DNA of 52,865 nucleotides from Nanobdellati archaeon (GCA_019429125.1 JAHYJO010000010.1:1-52865); one strand, 5' to 3'. Shown: positions 1 to 10,361, counted from the first letter of the stretch. Made by a program: numbers and translations. The notes: generated by a model not told the origin, from the letters alone.

Positions 1-23
1 CGCTCAAAAGATTTCATACATAT

Positions 24-112
24 TATATGCCTATTTAGGCATATATAGTTTTCGGTCTTTTTAGACCAAAAACGAATGAGTTAATAAAAATTAAAGGGTT
101 ATATGCCTAAAA
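24..112 (-). promoter_or_regulatory. Palindromic operator(s) plus BRE-TATA for a minus-strand gene that starts near nt 17 and runs off the window
   Basis: ATATGCCTA-TT-TAGGCATAT palindrome overlapping minus-strand CCGAAAACTATATATG. The half-site ATATGCCTAAA recurs at ~101-111. Confidence 0.45.
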
Positions 113-805
113 ATTAGGGAGGTCAGGTTATAAAACTTTAGAGAAACATATCAGTTTGGATAATCGGAAATGCCTCATCTAAAGCTATCTACTCTGTTCA
201 AAGGATTATTTGATTTCAAAGGCTATAAACTTTCGATAACTGCTCATCCTATAGAAATCAATAACGTGCGAGCATATAAAGATAAGTAAATTCGATTAAT
301 CTAAAATTTATTAAAAGGAAAAAACAGCAACTACTGAATCTGTTGCGATTTTCACAATAATTTATTAGATATAATATCTGATAAATTGCTATGATACGAG
401 TTTATTTTAATGACACATGGATGCCTGAATAGTTACAACTTTTTAATATAGGTAGAAGCTGAAAGTCAAAATAGATAATGGAACATTTGAAGAGGTTAAA
501 TTTTGTTGTCAAAGGTATGCGCTATTAATAGCATTGGCTTATTTGCATCATAACCATTTAAAATTGACAGAATAAAACAATGCCCTGCAATAAGCCTTAA
601 GATATTAAGTCCACAACCGATACCGCATGCTCAAATTAAAAAAATCATATATATGGGTGAAGAAAATGAATGATCTGTAAACATTTATAGGCCTTCTTAT
701 TCAATCAATCGTTAAACCAACCTGCGCAAATATCACTCATCTTTTGAACTGTGTCCCTCTAAAACAAAACTTTTATATAGTACAATAGTTATATTAAATT
801 GTACT

Positions 806-2131
806 ATGAAAGAAATTATCAAAACACTGCTGGTCGAATGGAAAGAAAGACAAACGCCTATTATTTTTGATAGGGATGTCAATCTTGAGGAATATGCTGA
901 ATCAATACCAAATAAGATTATAGCTGTCACAGGCTTCAGAAGAACAGGCAAGACATATTCTATGATGCATCTCATCAACGGGTTATTGAAAGAGAACACC
1001 AAAGAAAATATTATCTACATCAATTTTGAAGATGAGAGAATTCCGGAAAAAACAGAGTTCTTAACCCAGTTGATACCGACAATATCTGAATTATTTAAAG
1101 GCGAGCTGAAATTTCTGTTCTTAGATGAGATCCAAAACATCCCAAACTGGAGCAAATGGCTGAGAAGAGCCTATGATAATGAAAATATAAGATTTTTTGT
1201 GTCTGGCTCATCTTCAAAAATGTCCAGCAAAGAGATCCCTACAGAATTGAGGGGCAGGTTTTTAGAAGTGAAGATGTTTCCCCTTTCATTCAAAGAATTT
1301 TTAAGGTTCAAAGGCATTGAATTTGACCTTGAGACAATAAATTATTCTGATAAGCAAAAATCAAAATTGCTGAGGCACCTAAATGAGTTTCATGAGTACG
1401 GCGCCCTGCCAGAGATTGTATTGGCTGAAGAGGGCAGGAAAGTGGATATCGCCAATTCATACTATCAGACAGTTGTCAGAAGAGATATCATAGAAAGATA
1501 CAACATAAAGAACGAGGAAGCATTAAAGGCATTATTGAGGCTCTTGCTCAATTCCACCAGATATTCCATAAGCAAGATGTACAATAACTTAAAAGCATTG
1601 CATCATGATGTGGGAAAAACAACTTTACAAAAGTATATAGGCTATATAGAAAATTCTTTTTTTATGTTCAGTGTTCCTATCTTTTCATATAAGATCAAGG
1701 ACCAGATGCAATATGCCAGAAAAAATTATTTTGTTGATGCTGTTTTTATAAGCAAGCTCTCAAGCAGGTTCACCAAAGATCTTGGAAGGCTATATGAGAA
1801 CACATTTGCGATTGACCTGAAGAGAAGGAATAAAGAATTTTATTATTGGGAAAATTTAAAAAAACAGGAAGTTGATTTTGTCATTGTTGAAGGAGGTAAG
1901 GTCAAGCATCTGATCCAGATCTGCTACAATATTGATGATTTGGATACACGAAAAAGAGAGATAAGATCACTGATTCAGGCAAGCAGGGAATTGAAATGCA
2001 AAAATTTAATTGTGATTACTCATGACTATGAATCTGAATCCGAGGAAGAATGGTTTGGCATAAGAAGAAAGATAAAGTTCATTCCGTTGTGGCAATGGTT
2101 TCTTAGTGGAACATATCATGAAAATCCTTGA
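806..2131 (+). CDS. Archaeal AAA+ ATPase (AAA_14 + DUF4143-type C-terminal PD-(D/E)xK-like domain)
   Basis: Walker A GFRRTGKT, Walker B LFLDEIQ, SGSSS motif, EVDFV...IQIC, and the family-typical end IPLWQW. Confidence 0.9.
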   Translation: MKEIIKTLLVEWKERQTPIIFDRDVNLEEYAESIPNKIIAVTGFRRTGKTYSMMHLINGLLKENTKENIIYINFEDERIPEKTEFLTQLIPTISELFKGELKFLFLDEIQNIPNWSKWLRRAYDNENIRFFVSGSSSKMSSKEIPTELRGRFLEVKMFPLSFKEFLRFKGIEFDLETINYSDKQKSKLLRHLNEFHEYGALPEIVLAEEGRKVDIANSYYQTVVRRDIIERYNIKNEEALKALLRLLLNSTRYSISKMYNNLKALHHDVGKTTLQKYIGYIENSFFMFSVPIFSYKIKDQMQYARKNYFVDAVFISKLSSRFTKDLGRLYENTFAIDLKRRNKEFYYWENLKKQEVDFVIVEGGKVKHLIQICYNIDDLDTRKREIRSLIQASRELKCKNLIVITHDYESESEEEWFGIRRKIKFIPLWQWFLSGTYHENP

Positions 2132-2290
2132 TTTGGGCTTCAAGGAGTATGAACTTATTTCCGGATGGACAAATGCCTGCATAGGCCTATCAGAAAATTT
2201 CAAGAATCACTTTGAACTATGCCTAAATATTTATATGATATCTATTCTATATGTGGATATAAGCAGGATAAATATCAGGCCTTGATACAA

Positions 2291-3724
2291 ATGTTAGAAC
2301 TGAATGCAATCTATGAGGATAAGATTATCGAAAGAGGACATAATTACATACATAATGTAATTTACTGCCTGAAGATTGATGATTTCTTATATGCAGAAGT
2401 AGAAGGTACACACAGATACAAAACAAAGGTGAATCTTAAGACGCTTCAGGGTAGTTGTTCCTGCCCGTATGGAACCGACTGCAAACATGCAGTCGCCACA
2501 TATCTTGCGTATAAGAACAAGGATTATGTTAATGCTGAACCCTTTATCAGACACTTAGATACACTAGACAAAGAATCCCTGATAAAGATAATTGTGGATA
2601 GCATATATAGAAATCCTAAGATAGTGCTGGATTATGATTTCAAGACATTGACAAAACCTGAATCGTTTGTAAACAGTTTTATCACTGATTTCAACTACCA
2701 AAAACTAGAGAAAGCAGAGATGATAGTTTCATCATTTGATTTTAAACTGCTGACAAAAATGCTTGATTTCATAATACAGAATGAAGATGACTTATGTGAC
2801 AAAATATATGAAACAAACTATGGCGGTTATGAAGATAATGATGTACTCTTTGACTTTGAAATATGCATAAAAGAAGAAATTATAAAAAAGATAACAACAG
2901 AAGCCGAACTAAAAAAAGCAATTGCATTATCTTTAAATGAGGATATTATCAAAAATGCTGACAGTTTCATAAGATTCAAAGACACAATCAAGAAATGTTT
3001 CTCAAAATATGACTATCTTAGTTTTCTTCTACACCTTAAAAAACCAAATGTTGATGAAATCATAGAAAATATCACTGCCAAAAATAAGAATCAACTGTAT
3101 TATTTACCAGAATATAACATACAGCTTGCAGATGCCATTGCAACATCAATAAATGATAAAAAACTTATTTTCCTTGTAGCAATACATAATAATGATTACA
3201 AGAATATTTTATGCTATTTTTCTGAATTAAATAAAATCATAAAGATGGGCAGTTACCACATAATATCAACAAAAATAACAGACATTGTACGGCTATTCAT
3301 GAAAAATAAGCTAAAAGCTAAAAATATTGCAGAGACACTATTATTTCCAGAATTTATTAACCTATACGACAAAACACAGATGAATTATCTTTTAACTCAG
3401 ACTGATGATTATGAATTTATCAAAAAACTTATTGACCTTGACAAAGAACTAACTTTAACATTAATAGAAAGGCTGAATCAGCTTTCCAAAAAAGATACAG
3501 AGATACTTATCAAGAACAAAAAGGATATCTTCCGGCACCAAGATACGGAGGGGGTCGTGTCTATGCTGAAAGTGTTAAGGAATATGTATGGAGATCAATA
3601 CATAATTGACATAATCCAAATAAATTCTGAAAGATTCAAAACGTCAACCGCCTTAAAGTCAAGGCTGAAGCAAGAAGGAATATTTATAACCAACTTAAAA
3701 GGAATATTTAATATAAGGGTGTAA
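2291..3724 (+). CDS. SWIM zinc-finger protein
   Basis: CSCPYGTDCKH SWIM motif after an ERG..Y segment. The start is probably ATG 2291 (MLELNAIY); the track gives 2219. Confidence 0.8.
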   Translation: MLELNAIYEDKIIERGHNYIHNVIYCLKIDDFLYAEVEGTHRYKTKVNLKTLQGSCSCPYGTDCKHAVATYLAYKNKDYVNAEPFIRHLDTLDKESLIKIIVDSIYRNPKIVLDYDFKTLTKPESFVNSFITDFNYQKLEKAEMIVSSFDFKLLTKMLDFIIQNEDDLCDKIYETNYGGYEDNDVLFDFEICIKEEIIKKITTEAELKKAIALSLNEDIIKNADSFIRFKDTIKKCFSKYDYLSFLLHLKKPNVDEIIENITAKNKNQLYYLPEYNIQLADAIATSINDKKLIFLVAIHNNDYKNILCYFSELNKIIKMGSYHIISTKITDIVRLFMKNKLKAKNIAETLLFPEFINLYDKTQMNYLLTQTDDYEFIKKLIDLDKELTLTLIERLNQLSKKDTEILIKNKKDIFRHQDTEGVVSMLKVLRNMYGDQYIIDIIQINSERFKTSTALKSRLKQEGIFITNLKGIFNIRV

Positions 3725-3727
3725 TCT

Positions 3728-4261
3728 ATGGAAAAGATATTTCAGCTCAAGATAGTACTGGATGGATCAAAGCCTAAGATCTGGAGACGTGTGCTTGTAG
3801 AAGATACAACAACGTTCGACAGGATGCATAATATAATCCAAAAAGTGATGGGATGGGGAAACTGCCACCTTCATATGTTTCATGTAGGAGTGTCAGAAAT
3901 AGGTGAACCAGACCCAGATTATGAAGGCAATATAAAGGACTCAAAAAAGATTAAATTAAAAGATATACTCATATTAAAACAGAAGTTCAGATATGAATAC
4001 GATTTTGGTGACTGCTGGGATCACATAATCACTGTTGAAAAGATTCTTAACAAGGAAGACTCAAAAAAGTATCCGGTTTGCATCGCTGGAGAAATGGCAT
4101 GTCCCCCTGACGATAGCGGAGGCATCTGGGGTTATGAAGAACTTCTTGAGATTATGAAAAATAAAAGCCATCCAGAACATGAACATACTGTAGAATGGAT
4201 GGGAGAAGACTTTAACCCCGAAGAGTTTGATATTGATAAAGTGAATAGGCGATTTAAGTAG
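3728..4261 (+). CDS. Plasmid pRiA4b ORF-3 family protein
   Basis: PKIWRR, MGW...HLHMF, YEYDFGDCWDH, CPPDDSGGIWGY motifs. Confidence 0.9.
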   Translation: MEKIFQLKIVLDGSKPKIWRRVLVEDTTTFDRMHNIIQKVMGWGNCHLHMFHVGVSEIGEPDPDYEGNIKDSKKIKLKDILILKQKFRYEYDFGDCWDHIITVEKILNKEDSKKYPVCIAGEMACPPDDSGGIWGYEELLEIMKNKSHPEHEHTVEWMGEDFNPEEFDIDKVNRRFK

Positions 4262-4355
4262 AAATGGTAAAGACAATAAATCCCTCAATATCTTACTTGT
4301 TTATGCAATCTGGAAAAGAAAAACATTATAAAATTCAGATAATATAGTTGTTATT

Positions 4356-5438
4356 ATGATACCAATCGCTAAACCCTCAATTGGTTCTGAAGAAAAAAAG
4401 GCAGTGTTAGATGTCCTTGAATCTGGCATGATTGCACAAGGGGCAAAAACAAAAGAACTTGAAGACTCTTTTGCTGATTACATAGGTACAAAATACGCTG
4501 TTGCTACAAATAATGGTACTTCTGCATTACATGTTGCGCTTCTTGCCTGTGGAATCAAAGAAGGCGACGAAGTCATAACAACACCATTCTCATTTACTGC
4601 AACCGCAAATTCTATACTTTACTGTGGCGCAAAACCTGTATTTTCAGACATTGATGAAAATACATTCAATCTAGACCCATTAAAGATTGAAGATAATATT
4701 ACTAACAAAACAAAGGCAGTTCTTGTCGTTCATCTTTTCGGCAATCCTTGCGATATGGATAAAATCAAAGAAATTTGTAATAAACACAACCTTTTGCTTA
4801 TAGAAGATGCATGCCAGGCACATGGGGCAAAATACAAAGGACAGATGGTCGGGTCAATCGGAGACTGTGGTGTTTTTAGCCTGTACCCAACTAAAAACAT
4901 GACAACTGGCGAAGGTGGGATGATTACCACAAACAGCCCAGAAATCGAGAAAAAATGCAGAATAATAAGAGATCACGGCCAGGATGGGCGCGATAACCAG
5001 ACTATGCTCGGTTATAATTACAGAATGACTGACATCCAGGCGGCAATTGGTGTTGAACAGCTTAAAAAACTTGAAGGATTCATAGAGAGAAGGATTGAGA
5101 ATGCAGAATTGTTAACAGAAGGATTGAAGAATGTAAAAGGTATAATCACACCGATAATAAAAACAGATACAAGGCATGTGTTTAATCAGTATACGATAAG
5201 AGTTACAAATGATTTTAAGATTACAAGAGAAGAATTAATTCAAAAACTAAAAGATATGGGTATAGGCGCTTTCGTCTACTATCCGAAACCTATATACAGA
5301 CAGAAATATTATCAGGAGTTAGGATATGAGGAAGAACTTAAAAACACTGAAAAAATAACAAAAGAGGTATTGAGTATACCTGTGCATCCTGGTGTTAGTA
5401 AAGAGGATATAAGACTTATAATAAAACAATTTCTATGA
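4356..5438 (+). CDS. DegT/DnrJ/EryC1/StrS PLP aminotransferase (WbpE-like)
   Basis: NGTSALH, IEDACQAHGA, SLYPTKNMTTGEGG (PLP lysine), GYNYRM. Confidence 0.93.
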   Translation: MIPIAKPSIGSEEKKAVLDVLESGMIAQGAKTKELEDSFADYIGTKYAVATNNGTSALHVALLACGIKEGDEVITTPFSFTATANSILYCGAKPVFSDIDENTFNLDPLKIEDNITNKTKAVLVVHLFGNPCDMDKIKEICNKHNLLLIEDACQAHGAKYKGQMVGSIGDCGVFSLYPTKNMTTGEGGMITTNSPEIEKKCRIIRDHGQDGRDNQTMLGYNYRMTDIQAAIGVEQLKKLEGFIERRIENAELLTEGLKNVKGIITPIIKTDTRHVFNQYTIRVTNDFKITREELIQKLKDMGIGAFVYYPKPIYRQKYYQELGYEEELKNTEKITKEVLSIPVHPGVSKEDIRLIIKQFL

Positions 5439-5538
5439 ATATGCAGTACTGTGTGAATACACACCCACCAGTAAGATATATAAAATTTGCACTATATAAG
5501 TATATTATCCCTTTATTATCCACATATAAGAATCAGGA

Positions 5539-5754
5539 ATGATAAACATGACAGCTGAAGCAGATACAATGAATAAGATTTTTGATGAACTTAAATCATT
5601 GAAAGAAGATGTTACTTTTATCAAAGAACATATGTTTGATCCAGATACTGTGATGACTACGGAAGAATGTAAAATATTTGAAGAGAGTATGAATGAACTT
5701 AAGGATGGAAAAACAACAAATTTGTCTAAACTTAAGACAGATCTGGGTATTTAG
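5539..5754 (+). CDS. Antitoxin, RelB-like
   Basis: Small acidic ORF ending GKTTNLSKLKTDLGI, directly upstream of a RelE gene. Confidence 0.75.
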   Translation: MINMTAEADTMNKIFDELKSLKEDVTFIKEHMFDPDTVMTTEECKIFEESMNELKDGKTTNLSKLKTDLGI

Positions 5755-5755
5755 G

Positions 5756-6010
5756 GTGTTTGATGTTGAATTCTCAAGCCATGCCGAGAGATTTCTTAAA
5801 AAATCAGATAAGCAACTTGCTATAAGACTTCTTGAAAAAATTGAAAATTTATCAGAAGATCCGTTTCCTGCAGATATCAAAAGAGTCGTAAACAGGAATG
5901 AAAAAATATTTAGGATCAGAGTTGGTGACTACAGAATTCAGTATTCTGTAGACTATAAAAAAAATCTGATTTTTATTTCTGATATTAATAAACGGTCAAG
6001 AGCGTATTGA
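5756..6010 (+). CDS. relE: RelE/ParE family toxin
   Basis: GTG start 1 nt after the antitoxin stop. FSSHAERFLKK...FRIRVGDYRIQY...KRSRAY. Confidence 0.88.
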   Translation: MFDVEFSSHAERFLKKSDKQLAIRLLEKIENLSEDPFPADIKRVVNRNEKIFRIRVGDYRIQYSVDYKKNLIFISDINKRSRAY

Positions 6011-6031
6011 ACGGAATCTGCTTCTTTTGTT

Positions 6032-6084
6032 CTCATTTCACTTCGTTCTATTCAAAGCTTTCTGATTGAAAATCAGAAATCATC
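6032..6084. repeat. Hairpin (REP-like) repeat unit, copy at the ATPase 3' end
   Basis: CTCATTTCACTTCGTTCTATTCAAAGCTTTCTGATTGAAAATCAGAAATCATC. Perfect hairpin TTTCTGATT-GAA-AATCAGAAA at 6059-6079. Near-identical to units at 7507-7662. Confidence 0.85.
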
Positions 6085-7410
6085 CAAGTCAAAGACAACA
6101 AAACCTTTTGCTTTCAGTTCTTCTTTACCTTCAATCTTTTTTGCTACAAGACCGAAATACTCTTTTCGGACCCCTAAATTCCAGTCTACAAAAACTGATT
6201 TTTCCTTAAGGTCAGACATTATCTTCTCTGCCTGTCTCAAAGACAGGTCTTTCCATTTACATTCTACAAAGAGGATATCTTTTGTATCATCGTTTAAAGC
6301 GACTATATCAATCTCTTTATCTTTATGCCACCAACGACCAATTTTTGTGAAATTAAATATTTTATCTTTATTTCGAATAAAAAACTGCGTAGATATTTTT
6401 TCAAAAACAAAACCGAGATACGTACTATATTCTTTTTTAATTATGTTTATATCAAAAATACCTTCTTCAATCATATTTAGATTAGGGTAAATATATCTGA
6501 ACCAGAACCATATAAAATTATCAGAGATATAGTACCTGCCTTTTCTAGATTTTATATTTTCAGTAACAGAAACTACTCTTTTTATCATCCGAACATCTAC
6601 AAGATTAGACATATACGGACTTATGTCTGTTCTTTTGACATTCATGAAACCCTTAATATCATTAAGTTTTGTCTTGCCGTTAGATATTGCCTCAAGTATA
6701 AGCTTATATGTCCCGACATCGAAAAACTCATACCTCATAAGAAAATCGATTTCATCTTTTAAAAATGAGGTCCACTCATTTATCTCGCCATCCATCCATG
6801 ACCAAAAAGACATATCTATTTTATTCAAATAAAAGGGTATACCCTCAGCAAAACCATAGATTTCAATAAGCTCTTTAATTGTTGTGTTAGGAAAAAATTC
6901 TGAAATATTATAAAAATCAATTGACTTTAATTCAATTGAACCAGTTCTTCGTCCATACAATGGACTTTTATAGCTCAATACTTTTGAGGTCATTATAGAT
7001 ACAGAAGAACCTAGAAGGAAAAGTTTTATATTTGAATCTTTCAATATAACATCAGTTATATACTGAAATAAATTCAATATATTCTCATCTTCTTTTATCA
7101 TGTTTTGAAACTCATCAATTATTATCGTTTCAGTTTTATCTTTAAGGAAATCAAAAAGAACATCCCATTCCGCTTTAAGCTTTGATGCTTCTGGATATTT
7201 TTGTATACAATAGGTATAAAATCTCCCAAGATTATCAGAATTCACTGCCAAATAATACACTCTTTTGTTTTGTTCAGTTACATTAAGTATTAGCTCAGTC
7301 TTTCCTATACGCCGCCTTCCATATATTACAATAAATTCAAACCTATCGCTTTCAATTATTTTTTTAAGTGCAGTACGCTCTTTTTTTCGGTCTTTGAATT
7401 TTTGTATAAT
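6073..7410 (-). CDS. Archaeal ATPase (ATPase_2 + DUF234 type)
   Basis: The frame is open 50 codons upstream of the track start and contains FKDR...YGRRRIGKT (Walker A). Also IIIDEFQ, SPLYGRRTG, IGRWW, EIDIVA, VECKW. No ATG/GTG/TTG at the expected start. Confidence 0.85.
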   Translation of the reverse strand: MIQKFKDRKKERTALKKIIESDRFEFIVIYGRRRIGKTELILNVTEQNKRVYYLAVNSDNLGRFYTYCIQKYPEASKLKAEWDVLFDFLKDKTETIIIDEFQNMIKEDENILNLFQYITDVILKDSNIKLFLLGSSVSIMTSKVLSYKSPLYGRRTGSIELKSIDFYNISEFFPNTTIKELIEIYGFAEGIPFYLNKIDMSFWSWMDGEINEWTSFLKDEIDFLMRYEFFDVGTYKLILEAISNGKTKLNDIKGFMNVKRTDISPYMSNLVDVRMIKRVVSVTENIKSRKGRYYISDNFIWFWFRYIYPNLNMIEEGIFDINIIKKEYSTYLGFVFEKISTQFFIRNKDKIFNFTKIGRWWHKDKEIDIVALNDDTKDILFVECKWKDLSLRQAEKIMSDLKEKSVFVDWNLGVRKEYFGLVAKKIEGKEELKAKGFVVFDLDDF

Positions 7411-7506
7411 CCTAATTATACTAATCGCAATTATACTATTTAAATCTTTCGGCAGATTTTAGAAAATAATGACTATAAATTATTGTTTCAAAAAAATGAG
7501 TTTTAC

Positions 7507-7662
7507 TCAGAAATCATTTCATTCCACTCCGTTCTATTCAAAGCTTTCTGATTGAAAATCAGAAATCATCTCATTAGCATTCGAAGCTTTCTTCGCTTAC
7601 GCTCAGAAATCAGCTCATTTCCCTTCGTTACATTCGAAGCTTTCTGATTGAAAATCAGAAAT
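7507..7662. repeat. Tandem array of three 44-52 bp hairpin (REP-like) units
   Basis: TCAGAAAT(CA) recurs at 7507, 7559, 7603 and 7655. Each unit has ATTC(A/G)AAGCTTTCT. Two units end in the TTTCTGATTGAAAATCAGAAA hairpin, one in TTCGCTTACGCTC. Confidence 0.85.
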
Positions 7663-7767
7663 ACACTTAAAAACTAAAATACAACTAGAGTTTAACTTTA
7701 GTCTCATTATCCCTAAACTATAGTTTTATTTTAGTAAATATTATATAATTATCAAAAAATAAAAGAA

Positions 7768-8361
7768 TTAAACAAGTTTCTTTAAATCTACAACTGATAT
7801 TTTTATATCTTTATCACAATTTGCACACTTATACAAAACATTAATGTTGTTGTCTTTGATTTTTTCTGTCAACTTATGACCGCACTCACATACGAATCCT
7901 TTCAGTTTTGCTGGATTGCCGTAAGCTAGGCCGTAATCTGGTATGTCTCTTGTGACAACTGAGCCTGCTCCAACCATTGCATGTTTTCCTATTGTATTAC
8001 CACAGACTATGACTGTGCCTGTCGCAATGGATGCGCCTTCTTTTACAAGAGTTTTTGACCAAGAACGAGATGTTGAATTTGCACGAGGATAAAGGTCGTT
8101 TGTAAATATGACGCCCGGACCTATAAATACTTTATCTTCAAGAACTACACCATCATAGACTGCTACAAAATTTTGTATCTTAACATTGTTGCCGATTATA
8201 ACATTGACATCGATATAACTGCTTTTACCGATTATACAACCAGTTCCAATAACGGCAGTTTCTCGGACTTGTGCCTGGTTCCAAATCTTGGTCCCAGCAC
8301 CTATTTTAGCATCTTTTGAGACGTCTGCAGTTTCATGAATAAATACACTAATTTTTATCAC
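7768..8361 (-). CDS. Hexapeptide-repeat sugar N-acetyltransferase (WbpD-like)
   Basis: Left-handed beta-helix repeats, FTNDLYPR, GNPA, C-terminal CEC...CANC. Confidence 0.88.
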   Translation of the reverse strand: MIKISVFIHETADVSKDAKIGAGTKIWNQAQVRETAVIGTGCIIGKSSYIDVNVIIGNNVKIQNFVAVYDGVVLEDKVFIGPGVIFTNDLYPRANSTSRSWSKTLVKEGASIATGTVIVCGNTIGKHAMVGAGSVVTRDIPDYGLAYGNPAKLKGFVCECGHKLTEKIKDNNINVLYKCANCDKDIKISVVDLKKLV

Positions 8362-9316
8362 CTGTAACTATTAAACACACTTTCAACGCCTCTAAAGCAT
8401 CTTCACCTGTTACTTTTGGTATTGCTCCAGTTCCTATACAATCAATGAAATGCATCAATTCGTTCTTTAATGGTTCAGATTTTGTTATTTCAATGTTTTT
8501 GTGCTCAGCTTCACCAAATTTTATGATAAAATCACCAAAACTGTCAAATTCTTTTTCAAGATTGGTTTCATAAATTACAAGTTCTTGAGTTATGTAATTT
8601 AGTTCTGCATATCCTTTTGTGCCTGTTATGCTCAATGTCCGTATCTTTACTGGTGTTGTCCAGTTCACTTCGATGAATGCACTTGTACCATCATATTTAA
8701 GAAGTATATTCGCATAGTCTGGACGGTCATCTATCAGGGCATTTCCAAGATTGCTGTTTACTTTTTCAGGTGTACTTTTCAAAAGATAGTTGAATATGTC
8801 AATATCGTGCACCGCAAGATCTACAACTACATCTGCATCTTTTATTCTTGAAGGAAAAAGCCCTACTCTTTTTGAAATTATGGATGTTATCTTGCCAAGA
8901 GTTCCTGAATCTATCTGTCTTTTTAATTCAGTTATTGCAGGATTGAATCGTTCAATGTGACCTACCAATAACAGTACGTTGTTTTTCTTGCAAGCTGAAA
9001 TTATTTCTTCCGCATCTTTAACCTTATCTGCTATCGGTTTCTCTAAAAGTATATGTTTGCCTTTGTTTGCACAATATAATGCAACCGATGTGTGAAATTT
9101 TGTAGGGACTACAACTGATACTGCATCTATTTCTTCCGTATCTAACATTGCTTTAAAGTCTGCGTAAAATTTACAGGAATGTTTTTCTGCTAGTTTTTTT
9201 CCATTAATTTCGTCAAGATCGGATATTGCAACCAGATTGACATTTTCCAATTCAGAATAAATCCGTACGTGATGTCTACCCATTGCACCCGTACCTATGA
9301 CTGCTACATTTATCAT
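8348..9316 (-). CDS. Gfo/Idh/MocA oxidoreductase (WbpB-like UDP-sugar 3-dehydrogenase)
   Basis: GTGAMGRHH, EKPIA, GHIERFNPA, DLAVHDID. Confidence 0.9.
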   Translation of the reverse strand: MINVAVIGTGAMGRHHVRIYSELENVNLVAISDLDEINGKKLAEKHSCKFYADFKAMLDTEEIDAVSVVVPTKFHTSVALYCANKGKHILLEKPIADKVKDAEEIISACKKNNVLLLVGHIERFNPAITELKRQIDSGTLGKITSIISKRVGLFPSRIKDADVVVDLAVHDIDIFNYLLKSTPEKVNSNLGNALIDDRPDYANILLKYDGTSAFIEVNWTTPVKIRTLSITGTKGYAELNYITQELVIYETNLEKEFDSFGDFIIKFGEAEHKNIEITKSEPLKNELMHFIDCIGTGAIPKVTGEDALEALKVCLIVTGDKN

Positions 9317-9386
9317 GATAATAGATTACAAGATAAATTTTATATATCTTACAAGATTTTTGAAAAAAAGATTGATTTTAAAAAAT

Positions 9387-10358
9387 CTATATTACAAATA
9401 TTAAAATGCTAATCAATACAAAAATAAGTTCAAGAAGATAAAGTTTATATGTTGCTTGCTTTTCTGTTGTCTTTTTAAATGATGCAACAAGCCAGGGAAG
9501 GTAAAATATATTTGGCACTACAAGATAACCATTCTTGTCAACCGAACCGAACCTCTCATAACGTGTCTTTTCTTTGCCACGCGTAAAATAACCGTAATAA
9601 TACAAGAATAGGTTGAATATGTGCGGAGCTATAAGAATCACTCCGACAAGTTCTATGTTTCCTAAAATTACAATTACTGACAGCATTACACCTATCAGAA
9701 ATGTTCCCGAATCACCTGGAAATATTCTTGCCGGGTATCTATTGTAATATAAGAATGCGAGCAATACGAAAACAAGCGGTGTGCTCAACAAAACAACTAT
9801 TGTGTTGTCTGTGATGAAACCTATTGCTGACAATGCTGAAAACATTAGAATTCCCAAACCTGCCTCAAGACCGTTGTATCCTGCGACCATATTAACTGCA
9901 TTTGCTGCGCCTGTAATTGCAATAGGTATCAGTATCAATGTGTAGATTATTCCAAAATCAACAGAACCAATAAATGGTAAATATAGAGTTGTAACTCCTG
10001 CTTTTATAACCATCAATGGCGGTGCTGCAAGAAGAGGTAACAATGTTTTTGTTCGCCAGGAAATGTTATAGATATCATCAATCATGCCGATGAATGCCAC
10101 TAACAATACTGTTGTTGTTACTGCAAATATCTGCACTATATATTGTGGGAATATCTCCATAATCAAAAAAAGTGCTATAAGATACCCGAAAAGGATTATT
10201 ATTCCGCCTGATTCTGCTACTTCTTTCTTTTCAATTTTGTATTTGTCAACGCCGACCATGCCTGTCTGTTTCGCTTTTTTTATGTAGGGAGGTATTAAGA
10301 GGTAGGTAAAAATAAAAGAAAGAAAAGAAATTAAAAAAATTGTTGAAATAAGATCCAT
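9387..10358 (-). CDS. aglH: UDP-GlcNAc:dolichyl-phosphate GlcNAc-1-P transferase (MraY/GPT family, AglH-like)
   Basis: Multi-TM protein with ESGG, GMIDD, NAVNMVAGYNGLEAG, IFPGDSGT. Adjacent to aglB. Confidence 0.85.
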   Translation of the reverse strand: MDLISTIFLISFLSFIFTYLLIPPYIKKAKQTGMVGVDKYKIEKKEVAESGGIIILFGYLIALFLIMEIFPQYIVQIFAVTTTVLLVAFIGMIDDIYNISWRTKTLLPLLAAPPLMVIKAGVTTLYLPFIGSVDFGIIYTLILIPIAITGAANAVNMVAGYNGLEAGLGILMFSALSAIGFITDNTIVVLLSTPLVFVLLAFLYYNRYPARIFPGDSGTFLIGVMLSVIVILGNIELVGVILIAPHIFNLFLYYYGYFTRGKEKTRYERFGSVDKNGYLVVPNIFYLPWLVASFKKTTEKQATYKLYLLELIFVLISILIFVI

Positions 10359-10361
10359 AAT

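Noticed and set aside
120-730. Decayed gene or IS remnant (CCTGAATAGTTAC at 424-436 resembles an IS66-type end; open stretch KVKIDNGTFEEVKF...)
   Set aside because: No matching second terminus, TSD or recognisable protein motif.
7507-7662. Mini-CRISPR array
   Set aside because: The segments between repeats are homologous to each other rather than unique spacers.
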